A stretch of 64,000 nt of DNA. Origin: a virus. Under the pieces are notes generated by a model, which was given only the letters and a program-made list of their open reading frames with translations, had not been told where the DNA came from and did no database searches. Shown here one piece after another: positions 1 to 9,758 of the stretch (its first letter is position 1; every line of letters begins with the position of its first letter). The position numbers and the translations under genes are program-made. The stretch is from positions 1 through 64,000 of IMG/VR virus record IMGVR_UViG_3300020034_000005. One strand, written 5' to 3'.

Positions 1-152
1 ACACGCGACGGCCGCCGACGGGTCTGGGGATCTGTGACCTGCGGCGATGTCATGGTGGTCTAGACCGTGGCTTCCAAGACCAGCCTTCATTTGCCTCATC
101 TATGCAGGTCAAAGGCTTGTAGCCTACACGCCGCGATTGGTAGACTCATGGC

Positions 153-761
153 ATGTCGACTCACACCTGCACGGTCTGCGGCGGTCCGCTGCCGACGATG
201 CACCGGTCGGACCGCCGACAGTGCTCGCGGTCCTGTGAGGCAAAGGCGTACCGGACTCGGCGCAGGGAACGGGCTGCCGTAGATCCGATTCCCGCCGAGA
301 TGCGCCGACGGCCCCGCTGGGTGCGCTGGGACGGTCGGAAGATCCCCCTTCGCACCGACGCCCGGTTCGCTTCGGTCACGGATCCGTCCTCGTGGTCTGA
401 CTATGCGACAGCTTCACGGAGCACGATCGGAAGCGGCGTTGGCTACGTCCTGACGGTGGCCGACGACATCGTGTGCATCGACTTGGACCACGTCATCTCA
501 GACGAAGGCGTGCTGGCCGGCTGGGCAGCCGAATTGCTCGCTCAACTGCCGGAGACCTTCATCGAACTGAGCCAGTCCGGAACCGGCCTGCACGTCTGGG
601 GCCGCGGCGGTCTGGCCCAGGGGCGCCGGGTGGCAATGCCTGAGGGCACGGGTCTTGAGGTGTACGGGGACCGCCGGTACATCGCGATGACCGGCCAGGT
701 ATGGCGTGATGCTCCGAGTGTTCTTGCTGATCTGTCCGGAGTGCTTCCAGCCCTGACGTAG
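153..761 (+). CDS. Primase-polymerase-like (AEP/prim-pol) protein with N-terminal Cys4 Zn ribbon
   Basis: CxxC...CxxxC N-terminus; prim-pol-like motifs CIDLD, ELSQSGTGLHVW, EVY..RYIAMTG; TAGACT -10-like box at 141-146. Confidence 0.7.
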   Translation: MSTHTCTVCGGPLPTMHRSDRRQCSRSCEAKAYRTRRRERAAVDPIPAEMRRRPRWVRWDGRKIPLRTDARFASVTDPSSWSDYATASRSTIGSGVGYVLTVADDIVCIDLDHVISDEGVLAGWAAELLAQLPETFIELSQSGTGLHVWGRGGLAQGRRVAMPEGTGLEVYGDRRYIAMTGQVWRDAPSVLADLSGVLPALT

Positions 762-783
762 CTGTCGTGAGGGGGTGTTGGCC

Positions 784-1260
784 ATGGCAGGCCGAGGCCC
801 TCAACCGAAAGACCCATCGCGCCGTGCGCGAGGCAATAGGGACCCGGTCGCCCAGACGGTTCTGCGCTTCGAGCAGGCGGAAGCCCCGGAGTTGCCGACC
901 CTCCAGGTGATGAAGGACGGCGACCTCGTCGAGCACACTTGGCCGGCGCGCACGCTGGACTGGTGGGAGATGTGGAAGGCATCCCCGCAGGCTGAGCACT
1001 TCTCGTCGACTGACTGGGATTTCCTCCTCGACACGGCTGTAGTCCATGCCCGGCACTGGTCCGGCGATGGGGCGGCAGCAGGCGAGCTACGGCTACGGGT
1101 CGCGAAGTTCGGGGCTACTCCTGAGGACCGGGCTCGTCTGCGCATGCAGTTCGCGCAGGCGGATGAGGCTGACGGCAGGCGCCCTGAGGGCGGCCGGTCG
1201 GCCCGGGAGCGCCGCGGCACCTTGCACGCGCTGCCGGATCCGAAGGCGACGGACGGCTGA
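784..1260 (+). CDS. Terminase small subunit
   Basis: MAGRGPQPK start, ELRLRVAKFGATPEDRARLR motif, abuts large terminase. Confidence 0.85.
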   Translation: MAGRGPQPKDPSRRARGNRDPVAQTVLRFEQAEAPELPTLQVMKDGDLVEHTWPARTLDWWEMWKASPQAEHFSSTDWDFLLDTAVVHARHWSGDGAAAGELRLRVAKFGATPEDRARLRMQFAQADEADGRRPEGGRSARERRGTLHALPDPKATDG

Positions 1261-2891
1261 TGCCATGGATCCCGCCTGAGCCGGGCGCCGTTCCGACGCT
1301 GGGTTACGGGGTCATCGACTGGATCTCGGAAATGCTGGCGGCCCCGGACCGCGGTGAGTACGAACCCTTCCTGCTGTATCCGGAGCAGGAGGATTTCGTC
1401 CTCCGCTACTACGAACTGAATCCGCGTACAGGCAAGCGGCGTTTCCGCCGCGGTGTCATCAGCCGGCCGCGCGGGTGGGGGAAGAGCCCGTTCCTTGCCG
1501 CGCTGGCGATCGTCGAGGCCCTTGGCCCTGTAGTGCCGGACGGTTGGGATGCCGAGGGGCAGCCGGTGGGCAAGCCTTGGTCGGAGGTGCGGACGCCGCT
1601 GGTGCAGATCGCGGCGGTGTCGGAGACGCAGACGAAGAACACCTGGACGCCGCTGCTGGAGATGCTTCAGGGGCCGGTGATCGACGAGTACCCGGGCCTG
1701 GAGCCGCTGGACACTTTCGTGAACCTGCCGCGCGGCCGTATCGAGCCGATCACGTCGTCGGCGCGGACGGTGAAAGGCAACAAGCCGGTCTTCGCGGTGC
1801 TGGACCAGACTGAGGAGTGGGTCAGGTCGAACCGGGGGAACCGGCTGGCGGAGACGATGCGGATCAACGCCGCCAAGATCGGCGGTACGACCATCGAGTC
1901 CCCGAACGCCTTCATCCCCGGCGAGGGCAGCGTCGCGGAGGAGTCCGCAGCGTTCTGGGCAAAGATCCGCGAGGGTCGCGCCCGTGACGACGGACTCTTC
2001 TACGACCACCGTGAGGCGCCCGCCGAGACGGACATGACGGACCGGCAGTCCCTGATCGCAGGTCTGACCTTCACTTACGGGGATTCGGCGGACCGCAACG
2101 GCGGCCACGTCGACCTGGACACGCTGGTGGCGACGATCTGGGATCCGAGCACGGACCCGCAGACGGCCCGCGCCGACTTCCTCAACCAGATCACGCACGC
2201 CTCCGACTCGTGGATCACGCAGCCCGAGTGGGCGAGCGTGGCCGCCGCCGACAAGGTTGTGGCCCGCGGCGAGGAGATCGTCCTCGGCTTCGACGGTTCG
2301 CGCCGCAGGAACCGCGGGGTCACGGATGCGACGGCCCTGGTGGGTTGCCGCGTCTCGGATGGCCACCTCTTCCTGGTGGGGTGCTGGGAGCAGCCTGACG
2401 GGCCCTTCGGGCGGGACTGGCAGGTGCCCACGGTTGAGGTGCTGGCCGCTGTCGAGGACGCGTTCCGTGAGTACCGGGTCGTCGGCATGTACGCCGACCC
2501 GGCCCGCTGGGAGTCCCACGTGGCGAAGTGGGAGGCGGATCACGGGAAGCGCATGAAGCTGAAGTCCTCGTTGCAGCATCCGATCGAGTGGTGGATGACC
2601 GGCGGCAGGGCGCATCAGATCGTCAGGGCGCTGGAGAAGTTCCGCTCGAGCGTGGTGGACGGGGAGCTGACGCATGACGGAACGAGCGTGATGACCCGGC
2701 ACATCCTCAACGCCCGCCGGCGTGAGTCCCGCAGCGGCATCCAGATCATGAAGGAGCACCCGGACAGTTCCAAAAAGATCGACGTGGCGGTGGCTGCGGT
2801 CCTCGCCTGGCAGTGCCGTGTGGATGCGATGGCCAAGGGCCTTGGCAAGAAGAAGTCCGGACGATCGGGACGGGTGGTGGTGCTGCGATGA
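1260..2891 (+). CDS. Terminase large subunit
   Basis: Walker A-like RPRGWGKS, Walker B VLDQTE, nuclease motifs LGFDGS and KIDVAVA. Confidence 0.95.
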   Translation: MPWIPPEPGAVPTLGYGVIDWISEMLAAPDRGEYEPFLLYPEQEDFVLRYYELNPRTGKRRFRRGVISRPRGWGKSPFLAALAIVEALGPVVPDGWDAEGQPVGKPWSEVRTPLVQIAAVSETQTKNTWTPLLEMLQGPVIDEYPGLEPLDTFVNLPRGRIEPITSSARTVKGNKPVFAVLDQTEEWVRSNRGNRLAETMRINAAKIGGTTIESPNAFIPGEGSVAEESAAFWAKIREGRARDDGLFYDHREAPAETDMTDRQSLIAGLTFTYGDSADRNGGHVDLDTLVATIWDPSTDPQTARADFLNQITHASDSWITQPEWASVAAADKVVARGEEIVLGFDGSRRRNRGVTDATALVGCRVSDGHLFLVGCWEQPDGPFGRDWQVPTVEVLAAVEDAFREYRVVGMYADPARWESHVAKWEADHGKRMKLKSSLQHPIEWWMTGGRAHQIVRALEKFRSSVVDGELTHDGTSVMTRHILNARRRESRSGIQIMKEHPDSSKKIDVAVAAVLAWQCRVDAMAKGLGKKKSGRSGRVVVLR

Positions 2892-4354
2892 CCGTCTCGA
2901 TCCCCGAGCTCCCGCTCCTGCATCTGTCGGACGACGAGCTGGCCTTGATCAACGTTCTGCGCGGGGATCTGGTGCGCGACCGGTGGCTGCTGCAGCTGCG
3001 GGACGCATATTTCAACGGCGAGCAGCTGGTCCGCGACCTGGGCATCAGCATTCCGCCACAGCTGAGGAGCCTGCACACGGTCATCGGCTGGCCGCGCGTG
3101 GGTGTGGAGTCCCTGGAGGAGCGCCTCGACCTGGAGGCCTTCCGGTGGGCTGATGGTTCGGATTCGTCTGACCTGGCGGAGATCGCCGATGCGAACGACT
3201 TGCTGGACGAGTCGAGCCTCGCCCACCTGGATTCGCTGATCTATGGCCGCGAGTACCTGGCGGTCGGTTCAGGGGATTGCGGGACTGATGACTGCCCGCC
3301 ACTGATCAGCGTCGAGTCGCCGCTGGACATGACACTGCTGTGGGACGCGCGGACCCGGATGGGTACGGCGGCGCTGCGGGAGTGCCAGACGGACAACCTC
3401 ATCGAGTCCGGTATGGATGACCGGATGCTGGTCCTGTACTTGCCGGAGCAGACGGTGACGGCGGTCCCGACCACGTCGGGCGGCTGGGAGATCGTCGACC
3501 GGGACCTTCACAATCTGGGCGTCGTCCCGGTGGTGCGGCTCGCGAACCGCCAGCGCACCAGCGACCGGGTCGGTAAGTCGGAGATTACTCCGGACGTCAT
3601 GTCCATCACGGACGCGGCCTGCCGGCGCCTGATGGGTATCGAAGTGGCCGCCGAATTTTTCGGCGCCCCGCAGCGCTACATCCTCGGCGCCTCCGAGTCC
3701 GCGTTCCAGGATGCGGAGGGCAACGCCAAGTCGGCGTGGGAGACGTACATCGGGCGGATGCTGGCCCTGGAACGGGATGAGGACGGCAACGTCCCGCAGG
3801 TGGGCGCATTTCCGGCCCATGACCCGTCCGGCCAGACGAAGATCGTTGACTTGTACGCGCGGATCATGTCGAGCCAGTTCGGGCTGCCGCCGCACATGCT
3901 CGGCTACACCACCGACAACCCGGCGAGCGCGGACGCGATCCGCTCGACCGAGGCCAAGCTGGTCAAGCGCTCCGAGCGGCGGATCCGCCGGTTCGGGGCG
4001 GGCTGGCAGCAGGCCATGCGCCTTGCCCTTTGGGTGCGGGACGGTGTGCCCCCGGACAAGGCGCGCCGCATCGAGACGGTGTGGCGCAACCCGGCGACGC
4101 CGACGGTGGCCGCCCAGGCGGACGCCACGGTGAAGCTGGTGCAGGCGGGCATTCTGCCTGCGGAGTCGGATGTGGTCCTGGAGATGGCGGGCCTCACCGA
4201 GGGGCAGCGGCAGCGGGTGCGGGCGGATCGTGTCCGGGCCACGGGCCGGGCGTCGAGTTCGGCCCTGATGGACCGGCTGGAAGCCCTCGGCAGCGAGCCC
4301 GCCACCCCCGCTTCCGTCGACGTAGGGACCGGCGATGGCAACGGTCTCGGATGA
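2888..4354 (+). CDS. Portal protein (SPP1 gp6-like)
   Basis: Follows terminase with ATGA overlap; HNLGVVPVV, GKSEIT, NPASADAI motifs typical of actinophage portals. Confidence 0.92.
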   Translation: MTVSIPELPLLHLSDDELALINVLRGDLVRDRWLLQLRDAYFNGEQLVRDLGISIPPQLRSLHTVIGWPRVGVESLEERLDLEAFRWADGSDSSDLAEIADANDLLDESSLAHLDSLIYGREYLAVGSGDCGTDDCPPLISVESPLDMTLLWDARTRMGTAALRECQTDNLIESGMDDRMLVLYLPEQTVTAVPTTSGGWEIVDRDLHNLGVVPVVRLANRQRTSDRVGKSEITPDVMSITDAACRRLMGIEVAAEFFGAPQRYILGASESAFQDAEGNAKSAWETYIGRMLALERDEDGNVPQVGAFPAHDPSGQTKIVDLYARIMSSQFGLPPHMLGYTTDNPASADAIRSTEAKLVKRSERRIRRFGAGWQQAMRLALWVRDGVPPDKARRIETVWRNPATPTVAAQADATVKLVQAGILPAESDVVLEMAGLTEGQRQRVRADRVRATGRASSSALMDRLEALGSEPATPASVDVGTGDGNGLG

Positions 4355-5120
4355 CGGCGCAGTACCCCGTCGGCAGCGTGCCGTGCAGCGAGGACTGACG
4401 CGTCTGCTGGTGCGGGACATGCAGAAACTCCGCGCTCTGATCGTCCCATCCAGGCTGCAACAGACGATCCCGGCCTGGATTGCGGCAATGGATGCCTTGA
4501 TCCGCCAGTACGGCGAGACGTCCGCGTCCCTGGCGGCGGACTTCTTCGATGCGCAGCGGGACGCGGCGGGGGTGCCTGGTTCGTTCACGGTACCGCTGCC
4601 GGATGCGCCCCCGCCTGAGCAGGTGGAGGCGTCGCTGCGCTGGGCGTCGAAGGACGTGTGGCCGCGTGACGAGGCGCGCGCCACCCAGGTCCAGTTGCGG
4701 CCGGTGGACGAGCGGGTCGCCGCAGCGCAGGCGAAGGCCGAGGAGGTCGCCCAGAAGTTGGTGGCGGACCAGGGGCGGGAAACGGTGCGGCAAGCGGTCC
4801 GCGCGGACCGGCAGGCTGTTGGCTATGCCCGCGCTGCCGCCCTCGGGGCGTGCGCCTTCTGCCGTCTGATGGCGTCTCGCGGCATGGTTTACGCCTCGGC
4901 CGGAACGGCTGGGCAGGACGCCAACGATCGCTTCCTCGGGGACGGTACAGCGAAGTACCACAACTCGTGTTCGTGCTGCGTCGTTCCCGTTTTCCGTGGC
5001 CAGCGCTTCGAGTTGTCCGCGCATGCCGCGGAGTGGGACCGGCTGTACCGGGAGTACGCGGCTCCGTTCCCGGGTGATCAGCTGCGCCGGTTCCGGCAGG
5101 CGATTGCCGAGCACGGCTGA
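4335..5120 (+). CDS. Capsid maturation / MuF-like minor head protein
   Basis: ACAFCRLMASRG and YHNSCSCCVVP motifs; between portal and scaffold. Confidence 0.8.
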   Translation: MATVSDDGAVPRRQRAVQRGLTRLLVRDMQKLRALIVPSRLQQTIPAWIAAMDALIRQYGETSASLAADFFDAQRDAAGVPGSFTVPLPDAPPPEQVEASLRWASKDVWPRDEARATQVQLRPVDERVAAAQAKAEEVAQKLVADQGRETVRQAVRADRQAVGYARAAALGACAFCRLMASRGMVYASAGTAGQDANDRFLGDGTAKYHNSCSCCVVPVFRGQRFELSAHAAEWDRLYREYAAPFPGDQLRRFRQAIAEHG

Positions 5121-5206
5121 CGGCCGTGCCTACTGACTGACCCATCGCATGGTCGCCCTGGTGGCGGCCTTTCTCATTTCCACAGCCCCTGGAGGGCCGT
5201 TTCGTC

Positions 5207-5842
5207 ATGCCTGAAGAGATCGAGAACACCGAGCTGGCCGAGGTCGACGAGTCCACCGAGGTGGAGGAGGCCGACACCGGTACGGAGGGCGACTCGGAGG
5301 AGTCGGCTGACACCGCCCAGGAGGCGGAGAAGCCGAAGCCTGAGGAGCCGTTCGACCGGAAGCGCGCCGAAGCCAAGATCGCCAAGGCCAACTCGGAGGC
5401 CAGGAACCTCCGGGAACGGCTGAAGAAGCTGGAGCCAATTGCGGCGGAACTCCAGGCGATCAAGGACGCGGACAAGTCCGAAACCGAACGCCTGGCGGAC
5501 AAGCTGGCCGCGGCGGAGGAGCGCATCGCTTCGACGCGTCAGCGGCTCGCAAAGAGCACCGTTCAGGCCCTCGCGGGTGCCGCGTTCGCGGATCCCGAGG
5601 ACGCAGTCGGCGCGCTGGATCTCGACTCGTACATCGACTCTGACGGCGACATCGACGAGGCGGCCATCGAGGCCGACCTCCAGACGCTCTTGGAGCGCAA
5701 GCCGCACTGGGCAAAGCCCCAGCCCCAGGAGGGCCCGCGGCGCCCGGCACCGGACCGCACTCAAGCGTCCGGCGCCAACAAGACACGGACCCTCGACCCC
5801 GCTGAAGAGTTCGCGGGGTTCCTCCATAAGCAGCTGAAGTAG
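5207..5842 (+). CDS. Capsid scaffolding protein
   Basis: Acidic N-terminus, coiled coil, position directly before capsid gene. Confidence 0.85.
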   Translation: MPEEIENTELAEVDESTEVEEADTGTEGDSEESADTAQEAEKPKPEEPFDRKRAEAKIAKANSEARNLRERLKKLEPIAAELQAIKDADKSETERLADKLAAAEERIASTRQRLAKSTVQALAGAAFADPEDAVGALDLDSYIDSDGDIDEAAIEADLQTLLERKPHWAKPQPQEGPRRPAPDRTQASGANKTRTLDPAEEFAGFLHKQLK

Positions 5843-5860
5843 CTGTCGAAAGAAGGACTC

Positions 5861-6820
5861 ATGGTGGCTACGGCCCCCCTCAAGCTGAGTGATATCAACG
5901 CATCACTCCTGCCGCGGACCCTCGCAGGTCCCATCTTCGAGAAGAGCGTCGAGCAGTCGGCGGTGATGGCGCTCGCGCGTCCGGCGCCGCTGGCGATCGA
6001 CGCGACCACGTCTATCCCGATCCCGATGGACGTGCCGGTCGCCGACTGGGTCGGCCAGGCCAGCCGGAAGCCGCTGTCGAGCGGCGGCGTCAGCATCAAG
6101 CAGATGACGGCGAAGAAGGTCGCCGTCCTGATCCCTGTGGCCGAAGAGGTCGCGATGACCAACGCTGGCGGGCTGTACACCCAGCTCCAGCGTGACCTGC
6201 CGACCGCGTTCGCGAGGGCTTTCGACCACGCGGCGATCCACGGCCTGACCATGAAGGGTGCGGCCGGGCCGTTCGACGACTACCTCGCGGAGACCACCAA
6301 CTCGGTGGCGCTCGGCACGGCAGACCAGGCCCATGGCGGCGTCTGGGCGGACTTCGTGAACGGCATGGGCCTGGTCATCAACGATGACTGGGACTACACC
6401 GGTACGGTCGCCGACCACCGCCTCAAGCCGCGGCTGCTGCTCGCGACGGACACCACGGGCCGGCCGATCCTGGTCGACACCACGGTGCCGGGGACGCAAA
6501 TGGCGTCTGCGGGCACGCTGATCGGTGAGCCGCTGGCGTACTCGCGGTCGGTGTCGGGCAAGCAGCGGCGTCAGTCGACTTCGGCGGACACCGGGCTGCG
6601 TGCGATCGGCGGTGACTGGTCCCAGGCTGCTTACGGCGTGGGAATGGACATCACGGTACGTATCAGCAAGGAAGCGACATATGTGGACGAGGATGGCGGC
6701 GTCCACTCGGCGTTCCAGGAGAACCTCGTCCTCATTCTCGCGGAGGCCTACTACGGCTACGTGCAGGGCGACGCGCAGGCGTTCGTGAAGTACACCGGCA
6801 CGGCTGGCTCCAGCTCGTGA
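5861..6820 (+). CDS. Major capsid protein (HK97 fold)
   Basis: 319 aa, strong RBS AAGAAGGA, KKVAVLIPV / AFARAFDHAAIHG / SAFQENLV motifs. Confidence 0.93.
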   Translation: MVATAPLKLSDINASLLPRTLAGPIFEKSVEQSAVMALARPAPLAIDATTSIPIPMDVPVADWVGQASRKPLSSGGVSIKQMTAKKVAVLIPVAEEVAMTNAGGLYTQLQRDLPTAFARAFDHAAIHGLTMKGAAGPFDDYLAETTNSVALGTADQAHGGVWADFVNGMGLVINDDWDYTGTVADHRLKPRLLLATDTTGRPILVDTTVPGTQMASAGTLIGEPLAYSRSVSGKQRRQSTSADTGLRAIGGDWSQAAYGVGMDITVRISKEATYVDEDGGVHSAFQENLVLILAEAYYGYVQGDAQAFVKYTGTAGSSS

Positions 6821-7827
6821 CGGCAGCGGGCGGTGGCCGTCCGATGCAGGTCGTCGCCCGGCTGCACGCTGCTCCGCCCCGGCACAACGCCGGGGCGGAG
6901 TGGATGGCCTGGAGCATGTTCCGGGCTCTGGTCGAGCGGGGGCATGAGGTCACGGTGTGGCTGTCCCGCTACGGCGAGGATCACGAACCGTATGAGCTGG
7001 ACGGCGTGAAGGTCGTGCCGCTGGAGTCGAGACTGGACTTCGCGTCTGCGGTGCGCCGCGGAAGCGTCCTGGTGTCACACCTGGAGAACGTTCCGCCGAC
7101 GGCGGCCCTGTCGCGAGGCTATGGGAAGCCGTTCGTGGCGATCTGCCACAACACGTTCCTGCCGACGTTCAGGGACATGGCGTCGGGTGGAACAGCCTTG
7201 GCGGTCTACAACTCACAGTGGATGGCGAAGGAAGCCGAGCTCCACTTCGTGGATCACCCCAAGTCGGTGCGGCCCGAGGCGTCGATCATTGTGCGGCCCC
7301 CGGTGTTCGCCAAGGAGTACGCGACGAAGCCCGGCGACCGCGTGACACTGATCAACACCAACCCCGACAAGGGCGGCCTGCTGTTCCACAAGCTGGCCAA
7401 GCGGATGCCGGACACCAAGTTCCTGGTCGTGAAGGGCTCCTACGGAGAGCAGACCGACTACTCGGATCTCCCGAACGTTGAGGAAGTCCAGCACGTGTCA
7501 GGGCACGAAATGCGCGAGGCGGTGTACGCGCGAACGCGTCTGCTGCTGATGCCGTCGTTCTACGAGTCGTGGGGACGTGCCGGTGTAGAGGCTCTCGCGT
7601 CTGGCATCCCGGTCCTGGCCCACCCCACACCCGGCCTATGCGAATCCCTCGGCGAGGGCGGGATCTTCATCGAACGCCAGGACCTCGACGGCTACGAGGC
7701 GGTCATCCGCAAGCTCAAGACGCCAGCCGAGTACCGGCTGGCGTCCAAGCGGGCGAAGGCCCGCAGCGCCGAGCTGGACCCGGCATCCGATCTGGCCGCC
7801 TGGTGTGAGGCTGTCGAATCCCTGTAG
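6817..7827 (+). CDS. Glycosyltransferase family 4 (GT-B fold)
   Basis: NAGAE acceptor loop, NPDKGG, LMPSFYESWGRAGVEALASGIPV (EX7E motif); GTGA overlap with capsid stop. Confidence 0.88.
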   Translation: MTAAGGGRPMQVVARLHAAPPRHNAGAEWMAWSMFRALVERGHEVTVWLSRYGEDHEPYELDGVKVVPLESRLDFASAVRRGSVLVSHLENVPPTAALSRGYGKPFVAICHNTFLPTFRDMASGGTALAVYNSQWMAKEAELHFVDHPKSVRPEASIIVRPPVFAKEYATKPGDRVTLINTNPDKGGLLFHKLAKRMPDTKFLVVKGSYGEQTDYSDLPNVEEVQHVSGHEMREAVYARTRLLLMPSFYESWGRAGVEALASGIPVLAHPTPGLCESLGEGGIFIERQDLDGYEAVIRKLKTPAEYRLASKRAKARSAELDPASDLAAWCEAVESL

Positions 7828-7835
7828 GAGGCGCT

Positions 7836-8249
7836 GTGTTCACTGCTCCTACGGCCGAGGATCTCGGCCTCTACCTGGGTCTCGAAGAGATCAGCGGGGA
7901 ACGTGCGGACCTTCTGATCGCGCAGGCTGTTTCGCTGTGCCTGTCGGTGGTGAAGCCGTTGCCGGACGAGGCGACCGCGGTGGTCCTTTCGGTTGCGGCC
8001 CGCGCGTATGTGAATCCGCAGCAGGTGTCCTACGAGACGATCGGCCCGATGTCCGTGCAGCGCCCGTCCGGCTCGGGCGGCCTGTATCTGACGAAGGCGG
8101 ACAAGGCGGCCCTCAAGGCGCTGGCTGGCCGTGGTGGTGCGTTCACCGTGGATCCGACCCCGGCCACGGCGGACCCGTCGCCGACGTGGCCGATCGACGC
8201 CACTCCGGGGCCAGGTCTCGAGTGCGAGCCGGGCTGGGGGTACATCTGA
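7836..8249 (+). CDS. Head-to-tail adaptor
   Basis: AARAYVNP..ETIGP..GLYLT motifs of actinophage adaptors; synteny. Confidence 0.8.
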   Translation: MFTAPTAEDLGLYLGLEEISGERADLLIAQAVSLCLSVVKPLPDEATAVVLSVAARAYVNPQQVSYETIGPMSVQRPSGSGGLYLTKADKAALKALAGRGGAFTVDPTPATADPSPTWPIDATPGPGLECEPGWGYI

Positions 8250-8611
8250 TGTCTGCCCCGTACCCGTTCGGGGAGACCGTGCGGATCGTCCGTACCGGCA
8301 CGTCGCCGGGCCGTGATCCCCGCGGTCAGCCGCTTCCCGGTGTGGACGAGTCGTTCGATCTGCACGGCTGTGTGGTGACCCCGCGGGCGGAGACGCCCGC
8401 GGTGGGCGGCGCGCAGCAGCAGGACCGGGACACGGTGATTGTCGGCTGGACCGTGTACGCCTTTGCCGGCCACCCGTTGCGAACCACGGACGGCGCGGTC
8501 ATCCGTGGGGTCCGGTGTGAGATCACCGGGGAGCCCGGCGACTGGGGTCGCAGCCCCTTCACCGGCCTCCGGGGTCCGCTGCAGTTCGCTGCGGACCGGG
8601 TCACGGGGTAG
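8249..8611 (+). CDS. Head-to-tail stopper
   Basis: Synteny; C-terminal EITGEPGDW...RVTG signature. Confidence 0.75.
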   Translation: MSAPYPFGETVRIVRTGTSPGRDPRGQPLPGVDESFDLHGCVVTPRAETPAVGGAQQQDRDTVIVGWTVYAFAGHPLRTTDGAVIRGVRCEITGEPGDWGRSPFTGLRGPLQFAADRVTG

Positions 8612-8927
8612 GGCGGGCCTGTTCGACGGCGGCCACGAGTTTCTCCGCGGCGTCGTTGGCGCTGCGGCGGATGGACAAGCTGTGCGGGTCGGACTGTGGC
8701 GGCCGGCCGCCGGACAGCAGGCCCTTCGATTCGGTGGCGGGTGTGCTGCCGGGCAGGACGAACTGCATGTAGCCGTGGAACAGGCGTGTGCCAGGCTTGA
8801 GCCTGGTGCCGGTCACCTCGGCGGCCCGGATGCGGAACTGCCGCTGCTGCTGGCCGACTTCCTTCTTCGTAATGGTGATCCATTCGCCGTCGAAGTTCAC
8901 AGATCCCATGACGCCTTTGACGTCCAT
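8601..8927 (-). CDS. DUF4429-like protein inserted antisense in the head-tail module
   Basis: MDVKGVMGSVNFDGEWITITKK...GYMQFVLPG...DPHSL pattern; GGGGG RBS upstream. Confidence 0.65.
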   Translation of the reverse strand: MDVKGVMGSVNFDGEWITITKKEVGQQQRQFRIRAAEVTGTRLKPGTRLFHGYMQFVLPGSTPATESKGLLSGGRPPQSDPHSLSIRRSANDAAEKLVAAVEQARPTP

Positions 8928-8954
8928 GCCGCCCCCAGGTGAGTCGAGGTGGTC

Positions 8955-9287
8955 ATGATGCCCGCGAAGTTCAAGATGTCCAAGAAGGGCGTCGGACAGC
9001 TGCTGAAGTCCCGCATGATCCAGGCGGACATGCTGGCCCGGGCAGAGCGAATCGAGGCGGCCGCAGTGGGCCTCTCTCCGGCGGGCGGCGCGTCCGACCC
9101 CCACCCGGGGCACTACAAGGGGTCGTTCATCGTGACGACCACGGCCCGCGGGGGGCGCCGCAGAGACCGTGCGACGGCCACGGTCACGAACACCGCGTAC
9201 TACGCCCGCTGGGTGGAGTACGGCACGGAGAAGGTCCCCGCGCATCACGTACTCCTGCGGGCTGCCGCTGCGGGTGGAGGGGCCTGA
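8955..9287 (+). CDS. HK97 gp10-like neck/tail completion protein
   Basis: YARWVEYGT motif, synteny. Confidence 0.8.
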   Translation: MMPAKFKMSKKGVGQLLKSRMIQADMLARAERIEAAAVGLSPAGGASDPHPGHYKGSFIVTTTARGGRRRDRATATVTNTAYYARWVEYGTEKVPAHHVLLRAAAAGGGA

Positions 9288-9688
9288 TGGCCGCCGTCGG
9301 GTCGGTAGACGTGGAGCTGGACCTCATCGGCTGGCTGCAGGCGAAATTCGGCGGCGACGCGGTGGTCCGCGACGAGGTCGACAACAACCTCCTCAACGAA
9401 CTGCCGACCGTGCAACTGCAGCGGCTCCCCGCCGGCGGCGACGACGGGTACCGCCTGGACCGCGCCCTGATCGACATCGACGTGTACGCGGCGACGCGCG
9501 GCGAAGCCATTGCGATGGCCTCTCTGATCCGGGGCTGGCTCCTCACCGAGCTGCGCGGATCCTCGACCAGCCGTGCCGTGTACGGGCTCATCAGATCCTC
9601 ACCACCGCCCGCCATCCGCCCCTACGAAAATCTAGGGCTCCGACGTGTCGGGGCCACCTACGAGATCTACTGTCACCCGGTTTCCTGA
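9287..9688 (+). CDS. Tail terminator protein
   Basis: DRALIDIDVYA motif; directly before major tail gene. Confidence 0.75.
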   Translation: MAAVGSVDVELDLIGWLQAKFGGDAVVRDEVDNNLLNELPTVQLQRLPAGGDDGYRLDRALIDIDVYAATRGEAIAMASLIRGWLLTELRGSSTSRAVYGLIRSSPPPAIRPYENLGLRRVGATYEIYCHPVS

Positions 9689-9718
9689 CCGGTTGGGCCC
9701 GCGCCGGACCCTATTCCT

Positions 9719-9741
9719 GACCCCGCCATGCGGGGTCTTTC
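9719..9741 (+). terminator. Intrinsic terminator-like hairpin upstream of major tail gene
   Basis: GACCCCGC-CAT-GCGGGGTC followed by TTTC. Confidence 0.55.
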
Positions 9742-9758
9742 CTGTTGGGAGACCTTTC

